This document shows positions 12,349-23,530 of a stretch of 64,000 bases of DNA, piece after piece. Source of the DNA: Eledone cirrhosa (lineage: Eukaryota). Positions within the stretch are counted from its first letter, which is position 1. Each line of letters begins with the position of its first letter. Made by a program: the position numbers and the translations under genes. The notes under the pieces are model-generated. The model searched no databases and had not been told where the DNA came from. It was given only the letters and a program-made list of their open reading frames with translations. The stretch covers positions 90,024,001 to 90,088,000 of the forward strand of contig OZ024741.1 of the NCBI GenBank assembly GCA_964016885.1. The letters are read 5' to 3'.

Positions 12349-13381
12349 ACTTACCCAAAATTATATATATTATTTCTGTCAGACACGTACATGACGATAA
12401 ATTCACACATGTAAAACCACCTCACACGCACACAGAGACACATGTATAACCGTATATATCCACAGGCACACATTTTCACGAGAATGTATATATATATATA
12501 TATACAATCCTATATATATTTAGCCACATGAACATAATATTTATTCGATTTATCCACAAACAACGATAGTTTAGTGTATTGATCTATATATCCCGACACG
12601 GGATATATCCAAACATGTATATGTACTGAAACTCACTTATACATACGTTCACAGACACATACATGTACCTACACACATATACGCATAAATCCAAATGCAT
12701 ATGTGTATATATATATAAAAGTAACGAAGATTGCTAGTATAAATACATCGTCCCCGGGGCCAGCGTCTACCTCACTCAATGAATCTGGCGAATTGCAGTA
12801 ATGCAGCTGCAATCAACTGTTCAGAGTGCATACATTTTGTTTACTGTAGACATGTTGGCTGTGTTTAGGTAGAAATAGACGTAAATATCTCATTTCCTGG
12901 ACGATCGTTTCTGTGTAATATAACTTTACAAATGCAGATATTACTTCTGCAGTGTTCAGAAAATCACGTAAAATCTGTGAATATTTACGTAATCAGGCTA
13001 TTACACGACTTCAACAGGTACCCAAACCATACGATAGTTCTGTGCAATATGAGCTAGCCTTCTCTCTCTCTCTCTCTTTCTCTCTCCCTCTCTCTCTCTC
13101 AATTCCTTCCTTGCTCACATTCCAACCAGGTTTGATGGTCTTTATTCTCTCTCGTTCACGATTTCACCGAACTTATATTCATGGAACTTTGGGACTTGAC
13201 TCTTTCTTCCTCATTTTTCGTTGCTTCACCATCTTTGTTTGTTTACACTCTCGTGTCCCCTTTATTTACGTCTCCCAACGACTTTTTTTAGCCGTTGCTC
13301 GCACCAACCGGAGGTATATGGTCTTTAAAGCGATGAAATACCAATGATGGTTGGAAGATCACTGATGAAGGACTAACTTTA

Positions 13382-13440
<59 letters not shown>

Positions 13441-13510
13441 ATATGTAGGTGTGTAAAAGATATATATGGATATATATATATATATCCATATATATCTTTT
13501 ACACACCTAC

Positions 13511-13548
<38 letters not shown>

Positions 13549-14418
13549 AACCACATGGAAAGACGCCTATGTACACTTAAGTACATGAGCCTAGACATAT
13601 AGACATAAGGGGTACATATCCTCACGCGGTCACATGGGCACTGGTAGATATCAGTGCACATTGCCTGACTCTTACAGTTTGGGTACGTACCATGGTGTAC
13701 CATCGCCCAAATAAGATTCATTATGGATTTAAATGGATAGATATAGTTGGGTGAAGGGGGAATATCTGAATGTTTGCATATATATAATTTGAATGTAAGG
13801 TGAACAGGAAGGTAAACACAAAGGTAAAAAATAAAAATGGAAAAGTAGAGGTAAGGTTGCTGAGAAGAAGGTAACAGTAATAAATATTACTGTTACCATC
13901 TTCTCCTACGTGTCTACAATAAACAAAATGTATGCACTCTGAACAGTTGATTGCAGCTGCATTACTGCAATTCGCCAGATTCATTGAGTGAGGTAGATGC
14001 TGGCCCCGGGGGACGATGTATTTATACTAGCAATCTTCGTTACTTTTATATATATACACATATGCATTTGGATTTATGCGTATATGTGTGTAGGTACATG
14101 TATGTGTCTGTGAACGTATGTATAAGTGAGTTTCAGTACATATACATGTTTGGATATATCCCGTGTCGGGATATATAGATCAATACACTAAACTATCGTT
14201 GTTTGTGGATAAATCGAATAAATATTATGTTCATGTGGCTAAATATATATAGGATTGTATATATATATATATACATTCTCGTGAAAATGTGTGCCTGTGG
14301 ATATATATACGGTTATACATGTGTCTCTGTGTGCGTGTGAGGTGGTTTTACATGTGTGAATTTATCGTCATGTACGTGTCTGACAGAAATAATATATATA
14401 GTTTTGGGTAAGTTCTAT
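12349..14418. repeat. Long inverted repeat: ~510-bp arms (12349-12858 / ~13903-14418) around a ~1.04-kb spacer
   Basis: Arms are near-identical reverse complements; the match continues at 11352-11388 / ~14419-14448 across the nested insertion. Confidence 0.9.
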
Positions 14419-14969
14419 CTACCCCAACTGGTAAACCATTAACGCCGATAAAGAATTTAGATAAAATAGATCTTAATTATGTCCATGAAGCCCCACTACC
14501 TAAAAACAAATGTATTTGTCTATCCATTTACCTACCTATACCGATAAATCTGATCACACAGAACAGCAATCCTATATGTAACTATTAAAGGGAACTCACT
14601 ATCTAATACAGTTTATATGTATATACTTATTATTTTATTCTTTTATCTTTTTTACACACTATTCTATGCTTACTATTTCCAGCTCCCTTCTTAATTAATT
14701 TGTATTTCTATTTCTTCCCCGATTAGCACACCCGACTCACGCATTCCAACCTCCTTAATATATAGCAAATAAAATCATAGTTAAATTTTTCCCAAAAAGA
14801 CGGTGAGATTGAACAAGGTTTTCGAGACCAGAAACACGTCGCAACGTAACCACTACCTGCTAGTCAATGTATCGTTATACCACGACCAACCAACCTCTAA
14901 AACGACCGCAAAGCAATGAACTAATTAACTACCTATCTCTGACATTTGTTATATTTTCATTGTTCGATA

Positions 14970-15025
<56 letters not shown>

Positions 15026-15026
<1 letters not shown>

Positions 15027-15673
15027 TAGCATTAAAGCCCGGCGTTGCTCGGGGTCAATAAGTTACTAAAGTTAGGTTGCACCACCCATTTTATGGCACC
15101 ACTTTTTTGTCTGCCATGCACTGGGTGAATGAATTGCAGACCTGGACTGCCGAAGCAGGAGCTGCGCCAGCAGTGACAATTGTAGTTTCGCATATGGATA
15201 TTATCTCTGTGCAAAGAAGTGTTGAAATTTATTGTTTCACAGTACTTGCGCAACACGCGCGTAGACAGCCGAACAACAGAGCTGCGATGGAGTTGTTCTG
15301 CATGGTTGTCTGTGTGTTTTCTAAATTTAAGACAGTAGGGATGGGTGTGATATGGGGGAGAGTTAGCTGCTGTTTCTAGCAGGTTTAGTGACCTCATAGA
15401 GGATATGTGTTTTCTAAATTTAAGACAGTAGGGAGTGGTGTGATATGGAGGAGAGTTAGCTGCTGTTTCTAGAAGTTTATTTACTATACACAATAATATC
15501 TTCTATGAGGTCACTAAACCTGCTAGAAACAGAAGCTAACTCTCCCCCATATCACACCACTCCCTACTGTCTTAAATTTAGAGTCCAATCGGTTTGAAAT
15601 TGTGCAAATGTATAAACATGGAACATACACACACACACAACAACAACAATCTGCCTTTTATAGATAATGATGA
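15026..15673 (-). mobile_element. Non-autonomous Helitron (deleted and rearranged copy of 39889-41037)
   Basis: Minus strand: 5' TC...subterminal hairpin CCCGAGCAACGCCGGG...CTAG 3', inserted in (TA)n. Confidence 0.75.
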
Positions 15674-15682
15674 TATATATAT

Positions 15683-15839
<157 letters not shown>

Positions 15840-15869
15840 GTTGTGCGTGTGTGGGTATGTATGTGAGGA

Positions 15870-16360
15870 GGGTCAGGAGGGTGATATTTGGACACCTTGC
15901 GGGCTGAAATACAAGACCCGGCGAAGGGCGGAGGAACTCAACATAGTCAACGGCCATCCAAATAGTACTTAAACATTTTTTTTTTCATTTTTCACCTGGG
16001 AGTGAAAGGCCCCCAGTTGTTGTCACCACACCTTTCTAGGAGAGGAAAACTCTGAAGAAAAACCTGCGTCTTAGGAAGCATCCGATGGTGTTGACCAGTT
16101 CTCCTTTTCGGGTAGTGTTTTCGATGCTCACAGAGTGGGATTGGTCAAGTGCAAGTCCTTTCCCCACTTAAGAAAACCTTCAAAGCACAGGCATTGCTTG
16201 TTCAAGATATGTTACAGGTTCGTGTGTCTGGCGGTAGCCTAAAGGTGCACAACACTCAATAATTTGACAAGCGATTGCAATACTCTTAGCAGAGTTTGCA
16301 GCCACCATGTATGTATGTATGTATGTATGTATGTATGTATGTATGTATGTATGTATGTAT
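15870..16360 (+). mobile_element. RTE-derived bipartite non-autonomous element / Ceph-SINE-like with (TATG)n tail
   Basis: Homologous to 44432-44745 (minus) and to the 3' tail at 24014-24128 (GCAGCCA.CATGTATGTATG); family assignment is inference. Confidence 0.55.
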
Positions 16361-16459
16361 GTGCACTGAGCCAATCCCACTCTCTGAGCGACAGTAGCTA
16401 TAACCCGAAAAGTCTTTCCTCACTTTAAAAATATTCGTCACGCACAGGCATTGCACGAT

Positions 16460-17332
16460 TGCATAACAACTGTACCAACGAAAACAACAACAATGACACC
16501 GATACCTGTAATAGCGATCTCAGCACCACCAGTAAGACCAGTAGCGGCAGCAATAGTGGTGCTGCTGAAAAAGGGACCACTTCTTTTGCAGGTGTCGCCC
16601 GAAATATCGAGACAGTGTTAGTCACAGAGGAGGAGATGGCAGTCTCAAGGGCCATGGTGACAAGAAGCGCAAATAGAGTCTCCCTGAAACCTCCACCCGA
16701 TTTTTTCAAGGACCAGCAGCTACGGACGGTGACTTACCGCACCGTAAGTAAAATCTCACATCGGGTGGAGAGAGCCACGGAGGCTCAAATCCAAAAGGCC
16801 TTGGGGTGCGTCTGGGCACGCAAAATCCACATCACCCGAGGCAGAAAGTACGCCACAGTAGACGTACTTTTCGTCACCCCCCCCCTAGGAAGCAAAGTCT
16901 CACTCTTTGGAAACCCTAAAGAGTGAGGAGATAGTCTTGGTGCCCTCCTACTGCGGGAAGAAAATTGTGAGGGTCAAAGTGACCCAGGTCCCACCCAACG
17001 TGCCCATACCTTGGCTGGCCGCGTCTGTCCTTGCTGGAATCGAGAACAGGGAGACCATGCTGCAAGTAGAAAAAATAGGGAGAGAGAACTGGTCAGGTAT
17101 AGGCATGCAAATGTTTATACAAACTGACCAGGAATGTATCGACGCTATCCCCGATATCATAGACATCGAGGAAGGATTCCAGCTCCCTATAAGTGTAGAA
17201 GGAAGACGGCCAAAATGTTATCTCTGTGGGTCGAAGGGTCACCTCAGGGCCTTTTGCCCGCAGAAGACAGCGAAGAAGGCCCCTTTCCTTCCAACACCTG
17301 GTCCGATGCTACCAAGAGCAGGGCAGGAATAG
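16460..17332 (+). pseudogene. Frameshifted, truncated Tx1-like ORF1 paralogue
   Basis: Aligns to ORF1 of the intact element (TVTYRTVS..RVERATEAQIQKALG; CYLCGSKGHLRAFC knuckle); frameshift near 16880-16910. Confidence 0.85.
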
Positions 17333-17350
17333 TGTATTATTATTATTATT

Positions 17351-17550
17351 AGGGCGGTAGATTGGCAGTATCGGTAGAGGGTTGGACGCCATGCTTTGCG
17401 TCCCTTTACGGTCTGAGTTCAAATCCCGCCGAGGTTGACTTTGCCTTTCATCCTTACGGGGTCGATAAAATAAAGTACCAGTAATGCACTGGGTGATCGC
17501 TGGCCTTGTGCCTAAAGTAGAAACAATTATTATTATTATTATTATTATTA
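17351..17550 (+). mobile_element. Full-length tRNA-derived SINE flanked by (TTA)n
   Basis: A box TGGCAGTATCGG, B box GAGTTCAAATCCC, conserved central domain, (ATT)n tail. Confidence 0.9.
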
Positions 17551-17551
17551 T

Positions 17552-17765
17552 TGGTCTTTTAATGGGCTTTCTCCACAAATGTCCCTTGGAAGTCTCCCCC
17601 CTATTGGGGAATTTTTCTTTGTTATTTTATTTCAACCTCTGTTTTTTTACACGCAGAAATGCCCATTTGTACCGTCCTGTATTGTCCTGTACTGTCCTTA
17701 ATGTCTACTTTATGTGAACCCTTGTGGTTAATAAAGAAAACATTATTATTATTATTATTATTATT
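17552..17765 (+). mobile_element. Tx1-like 3' UTR-only fragment with (TTA)n tail
   Basis: Highly similar to 23585-23815. Confidence 0.9.
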
Positions 17766-17978
17766 GAATGCCATGGTTGACGGAGGCTCGGCTCTGTAAG
17801 GTATAGTAATTTTTAACCGTTAAAACAATTGTAAATTGTTTAAAACTTGAACCAAATTGTTGATAAAGACACCCTCCTCCTCGTGAGAGGGGTCTTTCTG
17901 TCCGTTATTTGGCCCTTCGGGGTTAAATAACCAGTTATTGGGGTTTTGTACCCAAAATTTCATTTTAAACAAAAAAAC

Positions 17979-20075
17979 ATGGCTACGAAAAAGAAATTTC
18001 ATACGTCACTCCCACTCATTCCGTCTTCTTCTTCCTCAATCATCACTACAGCAGAGAGAAGATTGTCTCTCTCCCTCCCTTCTTTAAATGTGTCTCTCTC
18101 CCTCCCTTCTCTTTCGCAAGTGACGAAAGAAAAGAAAAGTCTCGTGCAAAGCGTGCAAGGTTTCTCCACGACGACGACGACAGCGACGAAACAGGTGTGC
18201 GGGAAATACGAAAACCCAGTTCATTCGTCTGACGTCAGGAATAATAGCAGTAGCAGCCGTAATAACAACAGCAACAGTGACAATGAAAACAACAGTAGCA
18301 GCCGCAACGGCATCACCAGCAGCATAAACAACAACAGCATTAGCAGCAGCAACACCAACAACAACCACAGCAACAGCGGCGGAGGCAGTAGTCGTAGTAC
18401 CTGCAGCAACAACAAAAGTACCAGCAGCTCTGACGACAACAACAACAGCAGAGAAAAACCAATCTCATTTGCAGGTATTGCGAAAAACTTGGAAACAATC
18501 CTCATAACAAATGAGGAATTAGAGGAAGCGAAGAAGATGGTGACAAAGAACGGACACCGAGCAATCTGCAAGGCAGCGAAAAAATTTTTCGAAACCCAAG
18601 AGCACTGTACGGTCACGTACCGTACAGTAAGTACAAAATCCCGTAGGGTGGAAAGAGCCACAGAGGCCCAAATACAAAAAGCCTTAGGGTCTGTGTGGCA
18701 GCGGAAAACGCACATCACCCGAGGCAAAAAATATGCCACCGTAGACGTACTTTTTGCCACACCCCAGGAGGCAAAGGCCCAATCAGTAGTGACCCTAAGG
18801 AGCGAGGAAATGGTGTTGGTGCCCTCCTACTGTGGGCAAAAAATTGTGAGGGTCAAACTGACCCACGTCCCCCCCGGAATGACCCCTTCTTGGCTGGCCG
18901 CGTCTGTCCTCGTCGGAATCGAGGACAAAACAACTGTACTGCAAGTACAGAAAAAAGTAAGAGAAGATTGGGTCGGCTCCTCCATTGAGATGCTAATCCA
19001 AACCAACCAGGAGTGCATCGAAGCTATCCCGGATGTGATAGACTTCGATAACGGCACTCAACTGCCCATAAGTGTTGAGGGCAAACGCCCGAAATGCTTT
19101 CGCTGTGGATCGAAGACCCACCTCAGGGCCTTCTGCAACGAGAAGACCCTGAGAAAGGAGAAAACCCCCCTCCTTCCGAATCCGGCTCCACGGCTACCAG
19201 CAACAGGACAAGCGGCAACCAGGAACGATAGGCCCGTGGCACCCATACCCACTCCACGGAAATCAAAAACAGCAGCAGCAGTGGAAATACTAACAACAAC
19301 AACAGCAATACCAAATGCAGCTGCAACAGAGACTCCAGTGCAAACATCACCAACAACAACAAGTGAAAGAGTGGAGTTGGTACCCCTCCCCGACCTCACA
19401 GAATCAGACATGGAGTGTGAGGTGGGAGAGAGATGGCAAAAGGTCGTAAGAAGACACAAACGCAGAAGCAGCGCATCGTCGCCTTTGAAAAGGGAGGAAA
19501 GAAATGAGAAAAGGGTAAAGTCTACTGCAAAGAGACCCACAGCAGCAACAACACCAACACCATCACCACCCACACTAGCGCCACCATCACCACCGGCGAC
19601 AACCCCACCGCCAACAACACCTTCAACACCACCACCACAAGCACCAACATCGCAAACACAACAACAAAACACACACACCCAGCAACAACGACAAGAAAAT
19701 AGCAGAACCACACCCCACCCCCAGAAAAACAAATGCACGGCAATAAATACACACAACAAGAAACTAATGACTTACATAATTGAACACACAGACATTTCAC
19801 AACAGGACTACATAATACCAGCACCAATCAAAACGCCAACTAACATAAGACTGCTAAAAATAGCACAGAAACAATACACAAATATTAAAACGAAATTCCC
19901 CAACGCAGTTGGTGATTTCAGGGACCTAGGAGGAACCATCAATCGAAGAGTATACTCAGACATTCTCTTAGAAGAGCCGACGACCAGCCGAAGGGACGAT
20001 TCAACGGTCCCTTCACCAGACGATCAAGTGAAAAGGGATGTAAAAACCATCCCTCCTCTACCAAAAGTACGGTAA
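17979..20075 (+). CDS. LINE ORF1 (gag-like nucleic-acid-binding protein, CCHC zinc knuckle)
   Basis: ATG in good context (AACATGG) at 17979; CFRCGSKTHLRAFC; S/N-rich N-terminus and P/T-rich C-terminus; 698 aa. Confidence 0.88.
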   Translation: MATKKKFHTSLPLIPSSSSSIITTAERRLSLSLPSLNVSLSLPSLSQVTKEKKSLVQSVQGFSTTTTTATKQVCGKYENPVHSSDVRNNSSSSRNNNSNSDNENNSSSRNGITSSINNNSISSSNTNNNHSNSGGGSSRSTCSNNKSTSSSDDNNNSREKPISFAGIAKNLETILITNEELEEAKKMVTKNGHRAICKAAKKFFETQEHCTVTYRTVSTKSRRVERATEAQIQKALGSVWQRKTHITRGKKYATVDVLFATPQEAKAQSVVTLRSEEMVLVPSYCGQKIVRVKLTHVPPGMTPSWLAASVLVGIEDKTTVLQVQKKVREDWVGSSIEMLIQTNQECIEAIPDVIDFDNGTQLPISVEGKRPKCFRCGSKTHLRAFCNEKTLRKEKTPLLPNPAPRLPATGQAATRNDRPVAPIPTPRKSKTAAAVEILTTTTAIPNAAATETPVQTSPTTTSERVELVPLPDLTESDMECEVGERWQKVVRRHKRRSSASSPLKREERNEKRVKSTAKRPTAATTPTPSPPTLAPPSPPATTPPPTTPSTPPPQAPTSQTQQQNTHTQQQRQENSRTTPHPQKNKCTAINTHNKKLMTYIIEHTDISQQDYIIPAPIKTPTNIRLLKIAQKQYTNIKTKFPNAVGDFRDLGGTINRRVYSDILLEEPTTSRRDDSTVPSPDDQVKRDVKTIPPLPKVR

Positions 20076-20110
20076 GTGGTCTTTCCCATCTTTTCCACTC
20101 TATTTTAAAC

Positions 20111-23100
20111 ATGACCTCACTCAGAATAGGCAGCATAAATGCGCGTGGCTTGGGGTCGTCATGGAAGCAGGGTCACCTGCTCAACGACCTCAAGTCACTA
20201 AACATAGATGTAGTGGCCATCAGCGAGACCAGAATCTCCGAAGCACGGGCCTTCGCACCGATCTTCGGCGGCTACGATGTGTACGCATCTCCCAGCCGTC
20301 CTGGATCGGGTGGAGGAGTTGCTGTGCTTTTTCGGAGAGGTTTGGATCTCGCCATACGGGCCATCTTCCTGGACCCAGAGGGTAAGCTGGTGGTGCTGGA
20401 CGTGACCAGCGGAGACGGGCAAGCTTTCAGGCTAGTGGCCGTCTATGCCCCGACAGGAGGAGGGCGGCCTGATTTCTTCCGGCGTCTGGAAACCTTTCTT
20501 GGAACGTCCCGCTCTTTAGTGTTAGTGGGCGACTGGAACGGGATCTTAGATGCACGCTGGGACTGTGTGGGATTAGCGGATAGGGGTGGAGGGTGCAAGA
20601 GCCTCACCAACCTGCTCAGGCGTTTTGAACTGTCTGACAGGTACCGATTGGATTTCCCGAATGTGCCAATGTGGACTTGGACAAACCGCATAGGGTCATC
20701 CAGATCATATCTAGATAGAGTATTTTGTAGGGAAATAGATAGGTCTAGCATAGGCTGTCCACAATTCAAGATAGTCAGCTACACGGACCACAAATTTGTG
20801 ACCTGTGTGCTTGACTTAGATAGGCTTCATAGACGAGGACCCGGCTACTGGAAGCTAAACGCGTCCTTACCAGCGCGCAAGGCCTACAGAGACCGGATTA
20901 GCGAACTAGTTAAGCGGGCGTTGACGGGAGCCATCGTCAACAACAAGTGGTGGTTTGCTCTGAAAAGAGCGATTAGAATAGAATCGATTAGGTTTAGTAA
21001 GGCTTTAGCAATAGAGAAAAATAGAGCAGAGGGAGAACTAGTTAGAAAATTAGACGAGGCGCTTAGCAAAGGCATTGCGACCGACGTGCTTGCGGCGAAA
21101 TTGGCCCTTGACCAATTCTTCAATGCAAAGCACGAAGGCTGCGTTGTCAGAGCTAGGGTGCGTGCTCTCAGACACGAGGGGACGAAAGCCGTTCAATGGG
21201 CCCGAGTGGCGGAGGCGCGTCGTGGCAACAAAGCCACGATCCGGTCTTTGGTGGACCACGACGGGCGCATGCTACTCGATCCCGGGCAAATGTGTGAAGC
21301 TTTTCAGCGACACTTCGCTCAGCTGTTCGGGGGCAGCGGGGGGCCGGGTAGAGGGATGGACTTTAGTGTCTACCTCGACGGACTGCCGCGGCTCTCGGCC
21401 ACTGAGGCGAAGTGTTGCGAAAAGCCGATAACAGCCGCTGAAGTACGGGAGGCAATGACTGGCTGCACAAGGGGTAAATCGCATGGTTTGGATGGTCTGC
21501 CCTATGAACTTTACGTACAGATGCCAGACTTGTTCGGAGGCCTCTTGGCGGACGTCTACTGCAACTGGCAACAGAACGGGAGAATTCCCAGTTCTGTGAG
21601 CCGAGGAGCGGTGGCACTGCTGAGAAAGGATCCGAACAAGGGGGATAACATGGACAATTTCCGGCCCATAACTCTGCTAAACACAGAGTTTAAGATTTTG
21701 GCCAAGGTGCTAGCAAAGAGGTTGGCGCTTGTCGTTGGTGGTCTGGTGGGAGAGGCGCAGACATGCGCCATTCCCGACAGATCCATCCACGACAACCTCC
21801 ACCTCATGCGATACATCGTAGAGAGGGTAGCTAGGGAACCTGGCACGGGTGGGTCCTTGATCAATTTAGATCAGTCGAAAGCTTTCGATAGGGTCGACCA
21901 TCGTTACCTAGCGGCAGTCCTGAGGGCGGCTGGCTTTGGGCCCGTCTTCAGAGGCTGGATCGCTGCCATGCACAGCGACATCTGCTCTGTGGTGAGAGTG
22001 AACGGTCACCTGTCGGAACCGTTCAACATCATGCGCTCGGTCCGCCAAGGATGTCCCCTCTCGTCCCTCTTGTACGTATTGACTCTCGAGCCATTACTGC
22101 ACAAACTGGAGACGTTGAGGGGAGTCCCGCGCGAACTAGGATGCGGAAGATCCGTGTCAGCATATGCGGACGATGTCACCGTAGTGGTGTCGAACGCCAA
22201 ACACATCGAGGCGATCGGCACTACACTAAGAGAATACGAAGCGGTGACAGGAGCAATGATCAACCAGGAAAAGTCAGTGGGCCTGCAGCTCGGCACCTGG
22301 AGAGGCAGGTCCATGCCGTCCAACAGCGTCGTCGGGCGCTGGACGGACGGACCGGTTAAATTGCTAGGGGTCTGGTTCGGTCCGGACCTCCAGACGGACA
22401 AAAACTGGGACGAGGTGACGAGCAGGGTGGCTTCTCTCACCCAGAAATGGGCGGAGAGGAAGCTATCCCTGAAAGGTCGAGCGGAGGTGGCTAACGCGTA
22501 CATCGCGTCTGTCATCTGCTACCGCCTAACCGTCGTACCTTGTCCTAAGCCTCGCCTGACTGCGCTGGAGCGTTTGCTCTTTCGCTTTTTGTGGAAGGGA
22601 CGCGCTCCGATGGTCAGGCGGTCCATCTGTTGTCAACACCCGCTACGTGGAGGGCTGGGCATGCCGTGGCTGATGATGCGCAGACACGCGCTCAGGCTAC
22701 GACATCTCCACATCTTCCTCGACGGTGATCAGGTGTGGTCGCCGTTTCCTAGACGCGTTTTTCCCCAGCTCGTCTCCTTAATGGAGCTGCAGTCCTGGGT
22801 CAAGCGAAGACCGAGAGGGAGCGCTTGGAGACTGGAATGTCTTCAGGCGCTCACAGCCCTCGACCAATCGGGCAATGTGATCGGTGGAAACTCCACCTTG
22901 GCGTTCTATAGAGGATTAGTGGAGGGGAAGAGCGATGACGTACTTGGGGAAACTCTAGGCGTCGACGAAAATCAACTAGCCAATCTCTTCGGAAGAACTT
23001 TCGGGCCGGGGCCTATGGACAACTTCCAGAAATCCCTGGCCTGGCAATGCTACCGAGGAGCTTTGCCAGTTCGGGATAAACTCTACAGGCATGGAGGTGC

Positions 23101-23530
23101 CGTCAGACGGGCATGTTCGAGATGCGCGCAGGGCGACGAAACCGTCTTGCACGCACTCGTCCAGTGTCCGAGCAATGCTGACTTGTGGGTTTATGTCAAA
23201 CACCTGCTGTCGCGTGTAGGACGGATCCAGCTATCAGCTGAGTCCATCGTGAGGATTACCCCACCCTCTTCCTTTAGCCGGGAAGGGCAGGCAGTTTTTA
23301 TCTGTCTGGTGGCCATGGCGAAAGAGATAGTATGGTGGACACGTTTGAAAGGGCTGAAGACGAGCACTTACCTCTTCGGTGATGCCCTGATTAACTTTTT
23401 CAAATTTCATTTGAAAAGGAAAATCAGGGTAGAGAGGGAAGTGCTCTCTTCCCAGCACTTGGTTGAAAGATGGGTGAGAGAGGCAAGAATGGCCCGAGTG
23501 AATGGGCCTACTCTGAGTATGTGTCTGTAA
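20111..23530 (+). CDS. LINE ORF2: AP endonuclease + reverse transcriptase + C-terminal zinc finger
   Basis: 1139 aa; APE motifs INARG, SET, VYAP, GDWN, YLDR, TDH; RT motifs FRPITLLN, DQSKAFD, RQGCPLS, YADD; CSRC..ETVLHALVQC. Confidence 0.97.
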   Translation: MTSLRIGSINARGLGSSWKQGHLLNDLKSLNIDVVAISETRISEARAFAPIFGGYDVYASPSRPGSGGGVAVLFRRGLDLAIRAIFLDPEGKLVVLDVTSGDGQAFRLVAVYAPTGGGRPDFFRRLETFLGTSRSLVLVGDWNGILDARWDCVGLADRGGGCKSLTNLLRRFELSDRYRLDFPNVPMWTWTNRIGSSRSYLDRVFCREIDRSSIGCPQFKIVSYTDHKFVTCVLDLDRLHRRGPGYWKLNASLPARKAYRDRISELVKRALTGAIVNNKWWFALKRAIRIESIRFSKALAIEKNRAEGELVRKLDEALSKGIATDVLAAKLALDQFFNAKHEGCVVRARVRALRHEGTKAVQWARVAEARRGNKATIRSLVDHDGRMLLDPGQMCEAFQRHFAQLFGGSGGPGRGMDFSVYLDGLPRLSATEAKCCEKPITAAEVREAMTGCTRGKSHGLDGLPYELYVQMPDLFGGLLADVYCNWQQNGRIPSSVSRGAVALLRKDPNKGDNMDNFRPITLLNTEFKILAKVLAKRLALVVGGLVGEAQTCAIPDRSIHDNLHLMRYIVERVAREPGTGGSLINLDQSKAFDRVDHRYLAAVLRAAGFGPVFRGWIAAMHSDICSVVRVNGHLSEPFNIMRSVRQGCPLSSLLYVLTLEPLLHKLETLRGVPRELGCGRSVSAYADDVTVVVSNAKHIEAIGTTLREYEAVTGAMINQEKSVGLQLGTWRGRSMPSNSVVGRWTDGPVKLLGVWFGPDLQTDKNWDEVTSRVASLTQKWAERKLSLKGRAEVANAYIASVICYRLTVVPCPKPRLTALERLLFRFLWKGRAPMVRRSICCQHPLRGGLGMPWLMMRRHALRLRHLHIFLDGDQVWSPFPRRVFPQLVSLMELQSWVKRRPRGSAWRLECLQALTALDQSGNVIGGNSTLAFYRGLVEGKSDDVLGETLGVDENQLANLFGRTFGPGPMDNFQKSLAWQCYRGALPVRDKLYRHGGAVRRACSRCAQGDETVLHALVQCPSNADLWVYVKHLLSRVGRIQLSAESIVRITPPSSFSREGQAVFICLVAMAKEIVWWTRLKGLKTSTYLFGDALINFFKFHLKRKIRVEREVLSSQHLVERWVREARMARVNGPTLSMCL

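Noticed and set aside
17351-17430. tRNA gene
   Set aside because: A/B boxes are present but there is no cloverleaf; it is the head of a multicopy SINE
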